A stretch of 54,373 nt of DNA from Conidiobolus incongruus B7586 (lineage: Eukaryota): assembly GCA_000697335.1 (NCBI GenBank), contig JNEM01011672.1, positions 1 to 54,373 on the forward strand, in the 5' to 3' direction. Made by a program: the position numbers and the translations under genes. Numbering within the stretch: position 1 is the first letter of the stretch; the number at the start of each line of letters is the position of its first letter. Under the pieces are notes generated by a model, which saw only the letters and a list, made by a program, of their open reading frames with translations, made no database searches and was not told the origin of the DNA. Positions 38,542 through 50,852 of this stretch are shown here, one piece after another.

Positions 38542-39171
38542 AATATTTAAATTAATTTTAAATTTTAAAATTTTGTATTATAATTTTTTTTTATAAAATT
38601 TTATTAAAATTTTAAAAAGATTTAATATTTATATAAAAAAATAGATGACGTATTAAATAACTCATTATCAAATTAAAATACACTATTTGAGTCATTCAAT
38701 TAAAATTGCATAGATATTTCTATTTTGAGATTGTGTCATTATTATTAATCAGTGTTTTTATTTGCATATAACTTTATTTGTTATTCAAATTTATATTAAT
38801 TCATCATTTTCCTAGAAATTATTTAAATTATACTAAAAATAGAAGAAGGAATAATATATTTTCCGTAATACAAATTTTATAATAAATGGAATTATTAGGA
38901 TGGAATTAGTACTTGGTTAAAAATATAAGAACTTTTTTTTGAAAAAATATTAATATAAATTTATTACTAAAATTTTGTTTAATTGATATTAATATAATAT
39001 ATTCTTTTGGAAGTATAAATATTTTAAAATGTTCCATTTGATCAACTAACCTGGTTCAATAGTGTTATTTTGAATGATTATTTTAATTGACTAAAATTAT
39101 TATTATATTATTGACAATTGTTATTTGAATTGATTGAAAATATATTTAATAAAAATATTAATAAAATAATA

Positions 39172-40487
39172 TTACTCTGCATTTTTAATAATGGGAATTT
39201 TTTGCAATTAAAAATAAATAAACATTTGAATATATGATATATAAAAATAAATATATAATATAAATTTAATAGTTTCTTTTATTATTAATAATTTTTTGCT
39301 ATACTTTTAGCAAACTTCTAACACTTAAAAAACAGTTCTTTTTATTAAAGACTAAAATTTAATGTTTCACAAACCAATTAAATTTTCCTGCAGAAATTTT
39401 CTTTCCTACAAGCTGGTTTTTTAATTGCCTAAAGCAATTATAATTACATAGGTTATAATCAAAAGAATATACTAGATGTGGTAGTTTTTTCTAGTTATTT
39501 TTAATTAGAAAGTTTTTTACAACTTTAGATTTATGTATTTTGCAATTATCATGCAAAATAATAAGTCTTCTCAAATTATATTAAAAACACTAATTAGAAA
39601 TACTTTTATTTAAAAAAACAATATATAGTTTACTATTAATTAATTTTCTTTCAAGAACTAAATAAGAATAGCATATACTATTATAATCTATTGTAATAAT
39701 TAATATTCACTTATTAACAAAGTGTTTATTTAAAGGGATTTGTGGAAAAGGTTAATTTAACTTAATCTAACATTTTGATTTGTGTTTTAGTAAAGGATTA
39801 TACATAAAAATCTAAGATTCATTAATTGTAATTATTTACTGTAAAAGTTTAAGCTTCTAGTAATATTTTAATAAGTTTTGTTTAGTAATAGCTACTCTAG
39901 CTTTTTTTTAAGCTTTAGTTAAATTATAAGGTACCTATTTTACATTTTTATTTATTAATTTTAGTTTAAACTTTAAAATATATAAAATACTTGTAAAACT
40001 AATATTAAAATGCTTAGATAATTCTCTAGTTGAAATAAAAAAGTGCTTTTCAATATATTTTTTCACTTTATTTACAATTAAAAGAGTAATAGTTAAAGTT
40101 AGTCTTTTAGATTTTAACAGGTTTTAAATAGTTTCTTTTTTAGCTTTAAAGTAATTTACCCAACAATAAATTGTTGATTTAAATAATACTTCATTACCAA
40201 AAGCTGCTTGTAAATTTTAAATAATTTTAGAGGGTTTATGGTTAAGTTTTACTAATACTAAAATAAAAAACTTTTGATGATTACTATTTGGTTTAAGTAT
40301 AATTAAATTAAACAACCAATTTTAAAAAGTTAATTTTTTAATCAAAAAAACTAATATATATATATATATATATATTAAAAATATATAATTTCCTATTAAC
40401 TTTGTATATATTTATTCATTTCAAACTAATAATATGTTTGAAAAATTAGAAATTAAAAAATTTCCCATTATTTCAAATTCAAGGTAA
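39172..40487 (-). mobile_element. Degenerate mariner (DD34D) DNA transposon, copy A, 1316 bp
   Basis: Flanking TA at 39170-39171 and 40488-40489. Imperfect TIRs TTACTCTGCATTTTTAATAATGGGAA / TTACCTTGAATTTGAAATAATGGGAA. Dead transposase ~39266-40300 with K*VPYNLT (WVPH), IITINES* (D1), LHDN (D2) and PHLVYSFDYNLCN (YSPD..CD, D3); 34 residues lie between D2 and D3. Confidence 0.93.
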
Positions 40488-40689
40488 TACTATAATAATG
40501 TAAAATTAATTACCATATTTGATTGTTATTTAATATTTAAAAAATTAAAATGAATAATATTCAAAATTATATAATTGAATTTTAATTATATATTATAAAA
40601 CTATATTTGGTATTTATTAAAATAATAATATCATAAATATTTATATTTGAAATAGATAATTATCAATTCATAATTTGTTTAATTTGCTA

Positions 40690-42333
40690 TTATTTGTTCT
40701 GATGGGCTTTAACTAATTCATCAATATACTTCATAAACTCTAATACCTTTTCATCTTCAGATTTTTTACCTACAACCTGAATACCAATTGGTAGTCCAGC
40801 CATCTCCTTGCTATCGTAAAATGAATAACAAATCTTCTGACCCCAAGTCCCTCCATTGTAATCCTTAGGTAATTTCTCTTTCAACCATTGGTCTACATTG
40901 TCTAATCTATCTAAGTCGGCATCAACTTTGGTAACTGGAATAACACCACTAGGATAGTTGAGCAAGTTGAAAATCATGCATGGCCAAAGGGTTGGGCTGA
41001 CAAACATAAAGGTATTGTGCTTTTGAGGTGGTAATGCGCTTACAGGACAAATCAAGATATCCATTGGACGCTCGTAATCATTTCCAGTTTTGTTCCATGC
41101 TTCATGTGCTTGAATACTGAGGTAGTTCTTTTCTTCTTGATAATTCCAAAGCTTAGTAACAGATGGAAGATCGGTAATGCCGACAATTTCACTAAGTGTC
41201 TTTTGGCCAAATACCTTATCAAGCAAAAATTGTAAACCTTTGGTTATAAAGTTAGGAGTCTGAATAGTTCGAATTACAGGAGCAGTTAATACTGAATAAG
41301 TTTCATACCATCCCATGAAGCTTTTAGCATTTTCCAAACCATCAGCAAGCAAAACGCGAGAAGATAATCTATAAGCATCAGTTGCTCCAGGTAAATCAAA
41401 TTCAAACACATCATGACCTTGCTTTCTTAATAATTCAACTACCTCTAAGACTGCTCTTTCGCAAGCTGGAGAAGAGGGGAAGAGTTTATTGTTGACAATG
41501 TATCCAATTCTGAATTTTTGATTTTTATTGAGTCTGTATGGCTCATATGGAGTCTTGGTACAATAGCCATCATGCTTCCAGGGCTGTGATTTGATTACAT
41601 ACCTAAACATTGCCTCAACATCCTCAGCACTCTTTCCCATAGGTCCTGAAGATGTATGGATTGAATCCTGACCTGACATAATTACCATATGACCATAAAT
41701 AGGAAATCTTCCAGGAGTAGGTTTGAATGAATAAATTCCACAAAAACTAGCTGGGACTCTCAAACTACCACCAATATCACTTCCAATACCTAATACCGAT
41801 CCTTGGGCTCCAATTAAAGCTGCTTCGCCACCACTACTGCCTCCACACGTAAATTTAGGATTAACTGGATTCGTAGTGGTCCCAAATACAGGATTGGCAG
41901 TTTCAGTTGATAAACCAAATTGAGGGACATTAGTTTTGCAATATGGGATACAACCCGCTTTTCTCATAAGAGTAACGATAACAGCTTCTTCTTCCTGAAT
42001 TACTTGACCAGCTTTGTGATAACCACCCCAAGTAGGCCAACCTTTTACATGGAGGAAATCCTTAACAGATATAGGAACACCCAAAAATGGATATTCTTTC
42101 TCAGGGAACTCTTCTCCAGCTTTAATTCTGTTATCTAAATCAAATGCAGCTTTCATGGCTTCTTTTTCTTGCAAAAGTACCACACTATTCGTCAATTCTT
42201 GAGCCTGCTTTGTCAATTCGATCACAGCTTCCATGACCTCAGTAGCAGTCCATTTTTTGGAACGAATGTTATTGGCTATATCCAATGCTGAGCTAATTTT
42301 AATTTCATCTTGAATTAAATTTCCTTCGGTCAT
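40690..42333 (-). CDS. Amidase-signature family enzyme, copy 3, intronless
   Basis: GVPISVKD, GGSSGGE, GSDIGGSLRVPA; 547 aa. Confidence 0.93.
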   Translation of the reverse strand: MTEGNLIQDEIKISSALDIANNIRSKKWTATEVMEAVIELTKQAQELTNSVVLLQEKEAMKAAFDLDNRIKAGEEFPEKEYPFLGVPISVKDFLHVKGWPTWGGYHKAGQVIQEEEAVIVTLMRKAGCIPYCKTNVPQFGLSTETANPVFGTTTNPVNPKFTCGGSSGGEAALIGAQGSVLGIGSDIGGSLRVPASFCGIYSFKPTPGRFPIYGHMVIMSGQDSIHTSSGPMGKSAEDVEAMFRYVIKSQPWKHDGYCTKTPYEPYRLNKNQKFRIGYIVNNKLFPSSPACERAVLEVVELLRKQGHDVFEFDLPGATDAYRLSSRVLLADGLENAKSFMGWYETYSVLTAPVIRTIQTPNFITKGLQFLLDKVFGQKTLSEIVGITDLPSVTKLWNYQEEKNYLSIQAHEAWNKTGNDYERPMDILICPVSALPPQKHNTFMFVSPTLWPCMIFNLLNYPSGVIPVTKVDADLDRLDNVDQWLKEKLPKDYNGGTWGQKICYSFYDSKEMAGLPIGIQVVGKKSEDEKVLEFMKYIDELVKAHQNK

Positions 42334-44259
42334 AATATTATTAAATATAAATATATATAACCTATATTACAATTTTGAATTTCAAACAAAAAAATTTTTT
42401 CTTGAGAAGTTTAGATTTTTTTTAAAAAAAAAAGAAATAAAAAAGAAATCTACACTATTTATACTATTTTATTATTAAATTTACTTTTTATCCAATATGG
42501 TATTTTAATACTTGTTATTACTAATCACAAATCCATAATATCCATTTGGCTTTATTTGTTTGTTCATTTTAATGCTCAATAAAACATTTCCCTTAATTCA
42601 TATATTGGTAAATGGAGTCGGGTAAAGTTTATTAAATTTTTTATCCTAAATTTTAAAATTTTAATTAAATTGAAATTTAAAGATGATCTTATTATTATTA
42701 TTATTATTATTTAAATTAAACTTTTATAGGTTTCAGTAAAGTATGTAAAAATATAAAAATTCACTTATCTCAAATATTATTATGTATTAAATGAGACTGC
42801 TCTTATTTAATTCTTTTATTCAAACTTATTTAATTAGGGATTAATTAATTAAACTATAGAATACAATTTAAATGTCTATAATCAAATAATCTAAATCATT
42901 AAATTGGAATAATATAACTAATCGGTCATTTTAACTATTTCTATAAGTACTTATAAATTAGGAAATTGAACATAAATATCCTTATATATATTTAATTTAA
43001 ATAATATTTAAAATGATAAATTGAATAAACATAAAATTTCAGTAAAATTAAATCATATTATTACTTCTTTTATAAATAATTAAAAGTTTATTATGATTTA
43101 TTTTAATTTATATAAAACTTAAATAATTTAATAATATAAATAATTTTTTAATGTATAGGTTAATTATAATAATTTTACTGAATAATTTTATTAATATATA
43201 TAAATTAAAATGATTAGACTTAATAAATTTTAATTTATGCTTTAATATAATATATAAAAATTTTATGAATTTTTATAACTTTAAAATAAATAAAAAAATA
43301 CACTAAAAATAAATTAAATTTTAAATATTATCTATGGTTTGATTTTATGCATAATAAGTCAAAGAGCATACTTATAACTATTTCATACTAATTCAATTAT
43401 GATATGAAGTTTAAATAATTTTAATACTTATAACAAATAACTAATAATATTATAATTAATATTAAAGTATAATTTTGAAAATGAAAAATAATATGAAAAT
43501 AAAATTTATATATAATAAAAATTTCGGATAAAATATCGGTTATTAATATATTTATTTAGTTGTACAAATTTAATTTTAATTGAAATTATTTATATTAATT
43601 TTAAAATTTTAAAAATAAAAATTTTAATGAAAAAAAGAATTTTTTTTTATAAAATATATACTTTATAATTATTATGCAAATAATAAAATAGTTGAAATTA
43701 ATTAGTAGATAATTTACAGTCATTTCTTAATTTTGGTATTGGTAATTATGTTATATACTGTAATTTTGATTGATAGTATCAAATTTAATCTACGAATTTC
43801 GGATCTTATTAATATATATACTCATATCAAAAGTAATGTTTAATCTGACATAAATTTAATCAAATTTATAAACTCTCTAATACTGAATGCAATTAACATT
43901 TTAAGATGATATATTGCATATTGTTATAAACATTTTTGTTCAAGCTATTGAATTAAACTAACAATAAAATTATCTTAATAATGATAAATATTTGATATTA
44001 TTTTTATACTCTATTGTTTCAATTATATTTCAAATATCATAGAACTCTAGCTAATTGCTTAATTAATTCAATGTTTATATAATGAATATAACTAACTAAA
44101 TAATATCTTATTTTGTTCAAAACTTTATTTCTATATCAAATTTTTAGTTTCAATTAAAATAAAAATTTATTGGTTATTAAAATCAAAGATCAAATTTCTT
44201 AATATTATTGAAGTATTAAAAAACTATATATTAATAAACTAATTATTGTGTGGGATGTA

Positions 44260-45526
44260 TTACTTTGTAATTTAAATAATGGGAATTTTTTGTGATTGAA
44301 AATAAATAAACATTTTGATATATGATATATAAAAATGAATATATAATATAAATTTAATAGTTTCTTTTATTATTAATAACTTTTTGCTTTACTTTTAATA
44401 AACTTTTAATACTTAAAAAATAATTCTTTTTATTAAAGACTAAAATTTGATGTTTTATAAACTAATTAAATTTTCCTACAAGCTAGTTTTTTAATTACTT
44501 AAAATAATTATTATTATATAAGTTAAAATCTAAAGAATATATTAGATATGATAGTTTTTTCTAATTATTTTTAATTAAAAAGTTTTTTATAACTTTAAAT
44601 TTATGTATTTTATAATTATCATGTAAAATAATAAGTTTTATTGAATTATATTAAGAATACTAATTAAAAATAGTTTTATTTAAAAAAAATATAAAGTTTA
44701 TTATTAATTAATTTTTTTCAAAATTAAATAAGAATAACATATGTTATTATAATTTACTACAATAATTAACATTTACTTATTAATAAAGTATTTATTTAAA
44801 GGAATTTATAAGGGGAGTTGATTTAATTTAATCTAACACTTTAATTTATATTTTAGCAAAAGATTATACAAAAGAATTTAAAATTTATTAATTATAATAA
44901 TTTATTATAAAAGCTTTAGTTTCTAATTATACCTTAGTAAATTTTATTTAATAATAATTACTCCAACTTTTTTTAAGTTTTAATTAAATTATAAGGTATT
45001 TATTTTATATTTTTATTAATTAATTTTAATTTAAATTTTAATATATATAATATACTTATGTAATTAATATTAAAGTATCTTAATAATTCTTTAACTAAAA
45101 TAAAAAGGTATTTTTTAATATAATTCTCTACTTTATTAATAATTAAAAAAGTAACAATTAAAATTAGTTTTTTAGATTTTTATAGTTTTTAAGTAATTTT
45201 TTTTCTTAATTTTAAATTAATTTACTTAATAATAAATTATTAATTTAGATAATATTTCATTATTAAAAGATACTTATAAATTTTAAATGATTTTAAAGGG
45301 TTTATAGTTAAGTTTTACTAATATTAAAATAAAAAACTTTTAATAATTACTATTTGGTTTAAGCATAATTAAATTAAATAACCAATTTTAAAAAATTATA
45401 ATATATATATAATTCAAAACTATTAATTTTCCTATTTATTTTGTATATATTTTTTTATTTGAAACTAATAATATATTTGAAAAATCAGAAATTAAATAAT
45501 TTCCCATTTTTTTAATTCTATAGTAA
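44260..45526 (-). mobile_element. Degenerate mariner (DD34D) DNA transposon, copy B, 1267 bp
   Basis: Colinear direct repeat of copy A with TA flanks at 44258-44259 and 45527-45528. Same TIR core (AATAATGGGAA..TTCCCATT). ATG retained at 45364-45366. More AT-shifted than copy A. Confidence 0.92.
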
Positions 45527-48500
45527 TAATTAGATTATTTAAAATAAAACATTATATTAAAATTATAAATTATGAAATCTAATTACTTATGCTTATTATT
45601 AAAATAATTTTATAAGTTCAAATACAGGTATTTTAATCTATCTATATAATAAATTAATTTGATATATACTTAATTATCAAGGAAATATTGTTATAAATTT
45701 GATAATTAAAAATTTAAGTTTAAAACAATAAAATATATAATTTATGGTAATTAAATTTAAAAAATTTACAATCTAAAATAATTTAATTATAAAGAATAAT
45801 TTAAAGATAATTAGTATGATTCCAAATAAAATATTATATTATTATAAATCAAATTAAATTACCATATATAATGGTTTTTTCTGGATTTTTTAGTTTTCAA
45901 ATAAAGTTTATAATTATATTAATTATATTAATTATATAACTTTGATTCAACTTTCAATTCTTAATTTTTAAAAATTAAACTAAATAAAATTTAAAAAAAA
46001 GAAGTTTATTAATAAAAGAGAAGTTAATTATAATAATTAATATTTTAAAATACTATATTATTAAATTTCGTTTAAAATTTAGCTAAATATAAAAATCAAT
46101 ATTAATTTATAATCTGTTTTGATTAATGAATAACATTATAATCCTAATATATCCTATTTATTAAATTGATGTTTTAAATATGTTATGTTTAAATGATCTT
46201 ATTTTTTATTATATATATAGGTTTAAAATCAATTATTTTTATAGATAAAATTAGGATATTTTTCAAAAAGTAACAAATAATTAGTGCAAAAATATAAATT
46301 CAAAACAAACACACTTTATTTCAATATTTTACCAATTATATTCAAATTCAATTATTTATATATTTATATTACTATATCTAAATATTTTTACTTTGTTTTA
46401 TTATTTAAATTTCAGATAATCTAAAATAAAGCAAAAAGATTTTTAATTAATATTAGTCTATTGGGGTTTATCAATTGATATTCACTAGAATTATTAAAAT
46501 TTTAAATTTTAATAACTATTCAAGCATTGTGCTGGATATGCTAAAAATTTAAATAAAAATGAGAATTTAATTTGGTTACATGTAAAATAAGTTGGGTATT
46601 TATTCTAAAAAGAACTATTAGAAATCAGTTTTATTAATAAATGAAATAGAGTAATCTTATTCAAACGTGTAAATCAGAAGAAATTGTAAGGATCTTAAAT
46701 GAAGTATAGACCATATGCTCATTTATTTATATATGTAAAATTTTATTAATTATTTGATAGGGAATGAATACTTTTATAAATTTAAATTATCGGGAAAAAG
46801 AATGGTGGATAACAATTAGATTAATAATTTTTCAAAATCCATAAATTTATAATATTATATTAACTTAGAAATTGAAAAAAAAAGATTCAATTCTTTTTTC
46901 TTTTTATAAAAAAATTTACAATTTTCAACTTATATATTTAAGAAGTATTTGAGGTGTTCATATTGTAACTAAAAAAATATAAAATATTAGAATTGATTAA
47001 ATTAATCGAAAACCCAAATTATTAAATTTTCTAATTATTTTTCTATATCTCCACTTTTGGATACCTTTTATAATTTTCATATGAAATTTTATTGGGTTTA
47101 TTTTTATATATTATAATTATAATTTATAGTTTTAAAATCAGCTCTTTCGATTCTTTTATATAATACACGAATTATTAAACACTAATTAATTAGTAAAATT
47201 AACACTCGAAATATTGAAATTGGAATTTTTTTCATAAAATAATAATTAACATAAATGATAGCATTAAAATGCTTAATACTTCACTAATTGTTTAATTTTA
47301 AATTATTTGAATCTATAATATTAATTATTAATTAAATACATATTATATAATACCAATTTCCAATTTTTATCAATTCCATTTAATACAAATATAAATAATA
47401 CCATAAATAAAAATTAATATAGTATATATATTATTCATTAAAACCTTTTGAAGTTAATATTATAATTAATTATAGTCTAATTTAAATAATTGATATATTG
47501 AAAATTTGAATAATATAAAATAGTTAATAACTTACCTACTAAATTCAGGAAATATATATCCAGCTATAAGTGATAGTATTGGTTAGAAATTTTTAATATT
47601 AAAATTATATAGTTTAATTTATGTTGTTTTTAATAATTAGAAGTAATATTAATTATGCGTTTTAATTAATATTAAATAATAGTAAAAAATGAATTGATTG
47701 GTATATAGTTGTAAAAGTTAGGAAATTGACATTAGAGGAATTAAAAGTTAATTCCAAAAAAATTGAGTTTAAATTAAAATAAAAACAAATATAAAAAATT
47801 AATCAATTTTTTGAACAAATAAGGAAGAGGTTCAGCAATGGAGAAGTTTAATTCAAGATAGAACCATTTCTTTATAAATTAAAAATATAAACAAGGTTTA
47901 AATTATTCATCTTCTGGAGTAGTTGATAAACTTTGTTCATTTTATGGTCAGATGATATATATATATAAGTATACTAAATTCTCAATTATTTAAATTTTAT
48001 TACAAGAAATTTAAACTTATACTAATAAAATTATTAAAAATAAAAATTAAATCTTTTAATTACAAAATGATTAAAATATTATAATATTAAGAAATATATT
48101 TAAATTTTAATCAAATAATGATATTGCAGATTAGATGCATTTTCAAAATGAGATATAGTTAGTCAAAAGAAAATGCCAGGTATTGGGTATTGTATTGATA
48201 CAGATTTAGAATATTTCAAATTTTGCATAAATAACTGATATATTTGAAATCGATTAATCCATAAAAGTATTTTATTAATTTGTATTATATATACTTTTTA
48301 AATATTTAATATATGTTATAATTAATCTCTAATAATTTAGTTAGTTTCACAATGTTAACTGTTAATTATTCTAAATCATGTTTCCTTATGTAATGTTCTA
48401 GTAAAAGTGAAATTTTAAAATTAAAATAAATTTATTTTAATATTTAAATTATATTGATAATTTGTATTATATATAAGCTTTTATTTACTATCAATGCAAT

Positions 48501-50233
48501 CAAAATTTCTATTTAAATAAACTATATATTAAATATGAAGATTGTTCAGAATTGGAAATAACGACCTTTTTGAGTATTCAGAAAATTTTAACACTGATTT
48601 TTTTCATTTTTAAAGTAAAAATTTAATATATTCAAATGTGATAAAATTAATAAAGACATAGATTGATATAAAAAATGATAGATATATTATAAAGGATCAA
48701 AGCATAGACTCAAATAATCATAAAGATTATCATCATCATAAATATCAATATGATAGTTGCATTCTTTAATTAACAATTATTAAATTCAAAATTGGAATAA
48801 TTCTTCCTTAAACACTCTAGCTTGGTCAATTCAATAATAATTAAACTCAAATGCCACATATCCTTCAATGATCCTATCATACTTGTTCAAGTGACACCGA
48901 ACAATAGTTCACCTCTGTAAAAAACAATATTGTAGAATAGTTTTTATCACAATTTAATAATGAAAATTTTAATGATAAAAGCTAGTGTAATCACTGAAAT
49001 TTTGGTTTTACAAAAACTCAACAGTTGACAATGGTTAAAAATGACTTTAATAGTGTTTAAATTTTGATGATTTTAGTATTGCATTGAGTAGTGTTAATAC
49101 TATATCAGTAATACTTGAATCCATTTCCAAATTATTAGTGTATTTAACTAAATTAAATAATATTTCATTATCCAAAATAATTTAAAAATTAATTAAGAAT
49201 TCTTTTCCAAAAAGTATGTAAATGTGATAATTATTTAATCAATTCTCAACAATTATTATTTTATTTTTTCACTATACCACTTCCTTAATTTTATTAAGTG
49301 TAATGAATAAATTTTATAATTTTTTATAAAATTTACTAATTGAGAATTATTCTGGACTTTTTAAAATACAATGACCCGAAAACAAATTTCATAATTCATT
49401 GATATAAATTTATTAAATCTCTCATATTTATCCGGTAATCATTTTATGAGAATTTTTAAATTAGAATAATAATTTAATTAAATCGTTATATATATATATA
49501 TATAAATTAAATTTCTAAATTTAGATTAAAATTTATTTTAAATATTAAAAATTTTTGAGGATAATTGGCAAAAATATAAATTTTTCTATTTTTTTTTCCC
49601 TTCTTTTTTATTATTAAAATTTTAAATAAAAATTAAATTTTATAATAAGAATTAATTATTAATAAAATTAATTCATTATTAATATTTAATTTTTAATCAA
49701 ATTTTAAAATAATTTAATAAAATTCTGCAGTATTAAATTATTAATATATCTTGTTCTTAATCAGAACAGTAAATTATTAGTCAATCCATACACAATTCCA
49801 GAAGATCTCTTTTCAATTAACTAGTTAAATTGATATAAATATTATTATAATATTAATAAATTTAATTACAAAGGAATTTACGGATAATAAAGGTTAAAAA
49901 TATTATTATTAATCAATTGTAAATTTTGATATCTAAATATATGATATAATAATCCAATAGTTGACAAAATATTTATACTATTACAAATTACCGCTAAATC
50001 AATATTGTGTTTCTACTAACTTAATTTAAATGCTGAAAAAATTATCATTATGATATATAAAAAAGTTAAGAATTAGCATATTTAGACACTAATGATAACA
50101 TCAATCAATAAGCCAATTAAAGCCAATCTTTGAGAATTCTTATTCCCATTATTTAGCATTCATATGACTGGTTATCCAATTTTATTCACATAATATTCAG
50201 AATCCTATAAGTTACAAAACAATATATACAAAT

Positions 50234-50235
<2 letters not shown>

Positions 50236-50266
<31 letters not shown>
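50236..50266. repeat. (TAT)n microsatellite
   Basis: About 10 tandem TAT units. Shorter (TAT)n tracts lie near 42690 and 52647, and a (TA)n tract near 40355. Confidence 0.85.
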
Positions 50267-50267
<1 letters not shown>

Positions 50268-50798
50268 CATAGTATTTATCTATTAAACAATCAACTATTA
50301 TTAGTTTTATTGACTAAATAATTATACAATGAAAATTCAAATATAATAAATTAAACAAACAATTGAATTTATATTTTAAACAATGGTCAATTGTAAGTAA
50401 TAAATGCTTTGTTATTTGAACCAAGTAAGGGAAATTTTACACCGATGAGAATTTATCCACTATAGTTTGAATTCAATTCCGAATAACAGCCAAAACCCTC
50501 ATTATTTTTTTTTCGTTAAAAATAATTTTGTTTATCCAAGAAATCAATTTTCTTCTTAATTAGCACTTATAATAATATATCAATAAATAAACTATAGTAA
50601 ATTTAATAAATTATAAATAATTTGTTCTAAGTGAGGATAATTAAAAATCCCCAGTAAAATTGAAAGGGTTGCACAATAACAATTTAAGTGGTTCAGTGAC
50701 TAGTTACGGATGAATCTTCGAAAATTTACTAAATGTCAATAAATAGAATCAGAACAGGTGTTACGTTTAATTGGGATAGTAAGGGAAATAAAAGAAAA

Positions 50799-50806
50799 TA
50801 TATAAA
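50799..50806 (+). promoter_or_regulatory. Putative TATA box of the GPCR gene
   Basis: TATATAAA about 50 bp upstream of ATG 50853. Weak evidence in AT-rich DNA. Confidence 0.35.
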
Positions 50807-50852
50807 TACTCTGCATTAATCTTAATATTCTTAAACTTTTTATTTGGTGATC

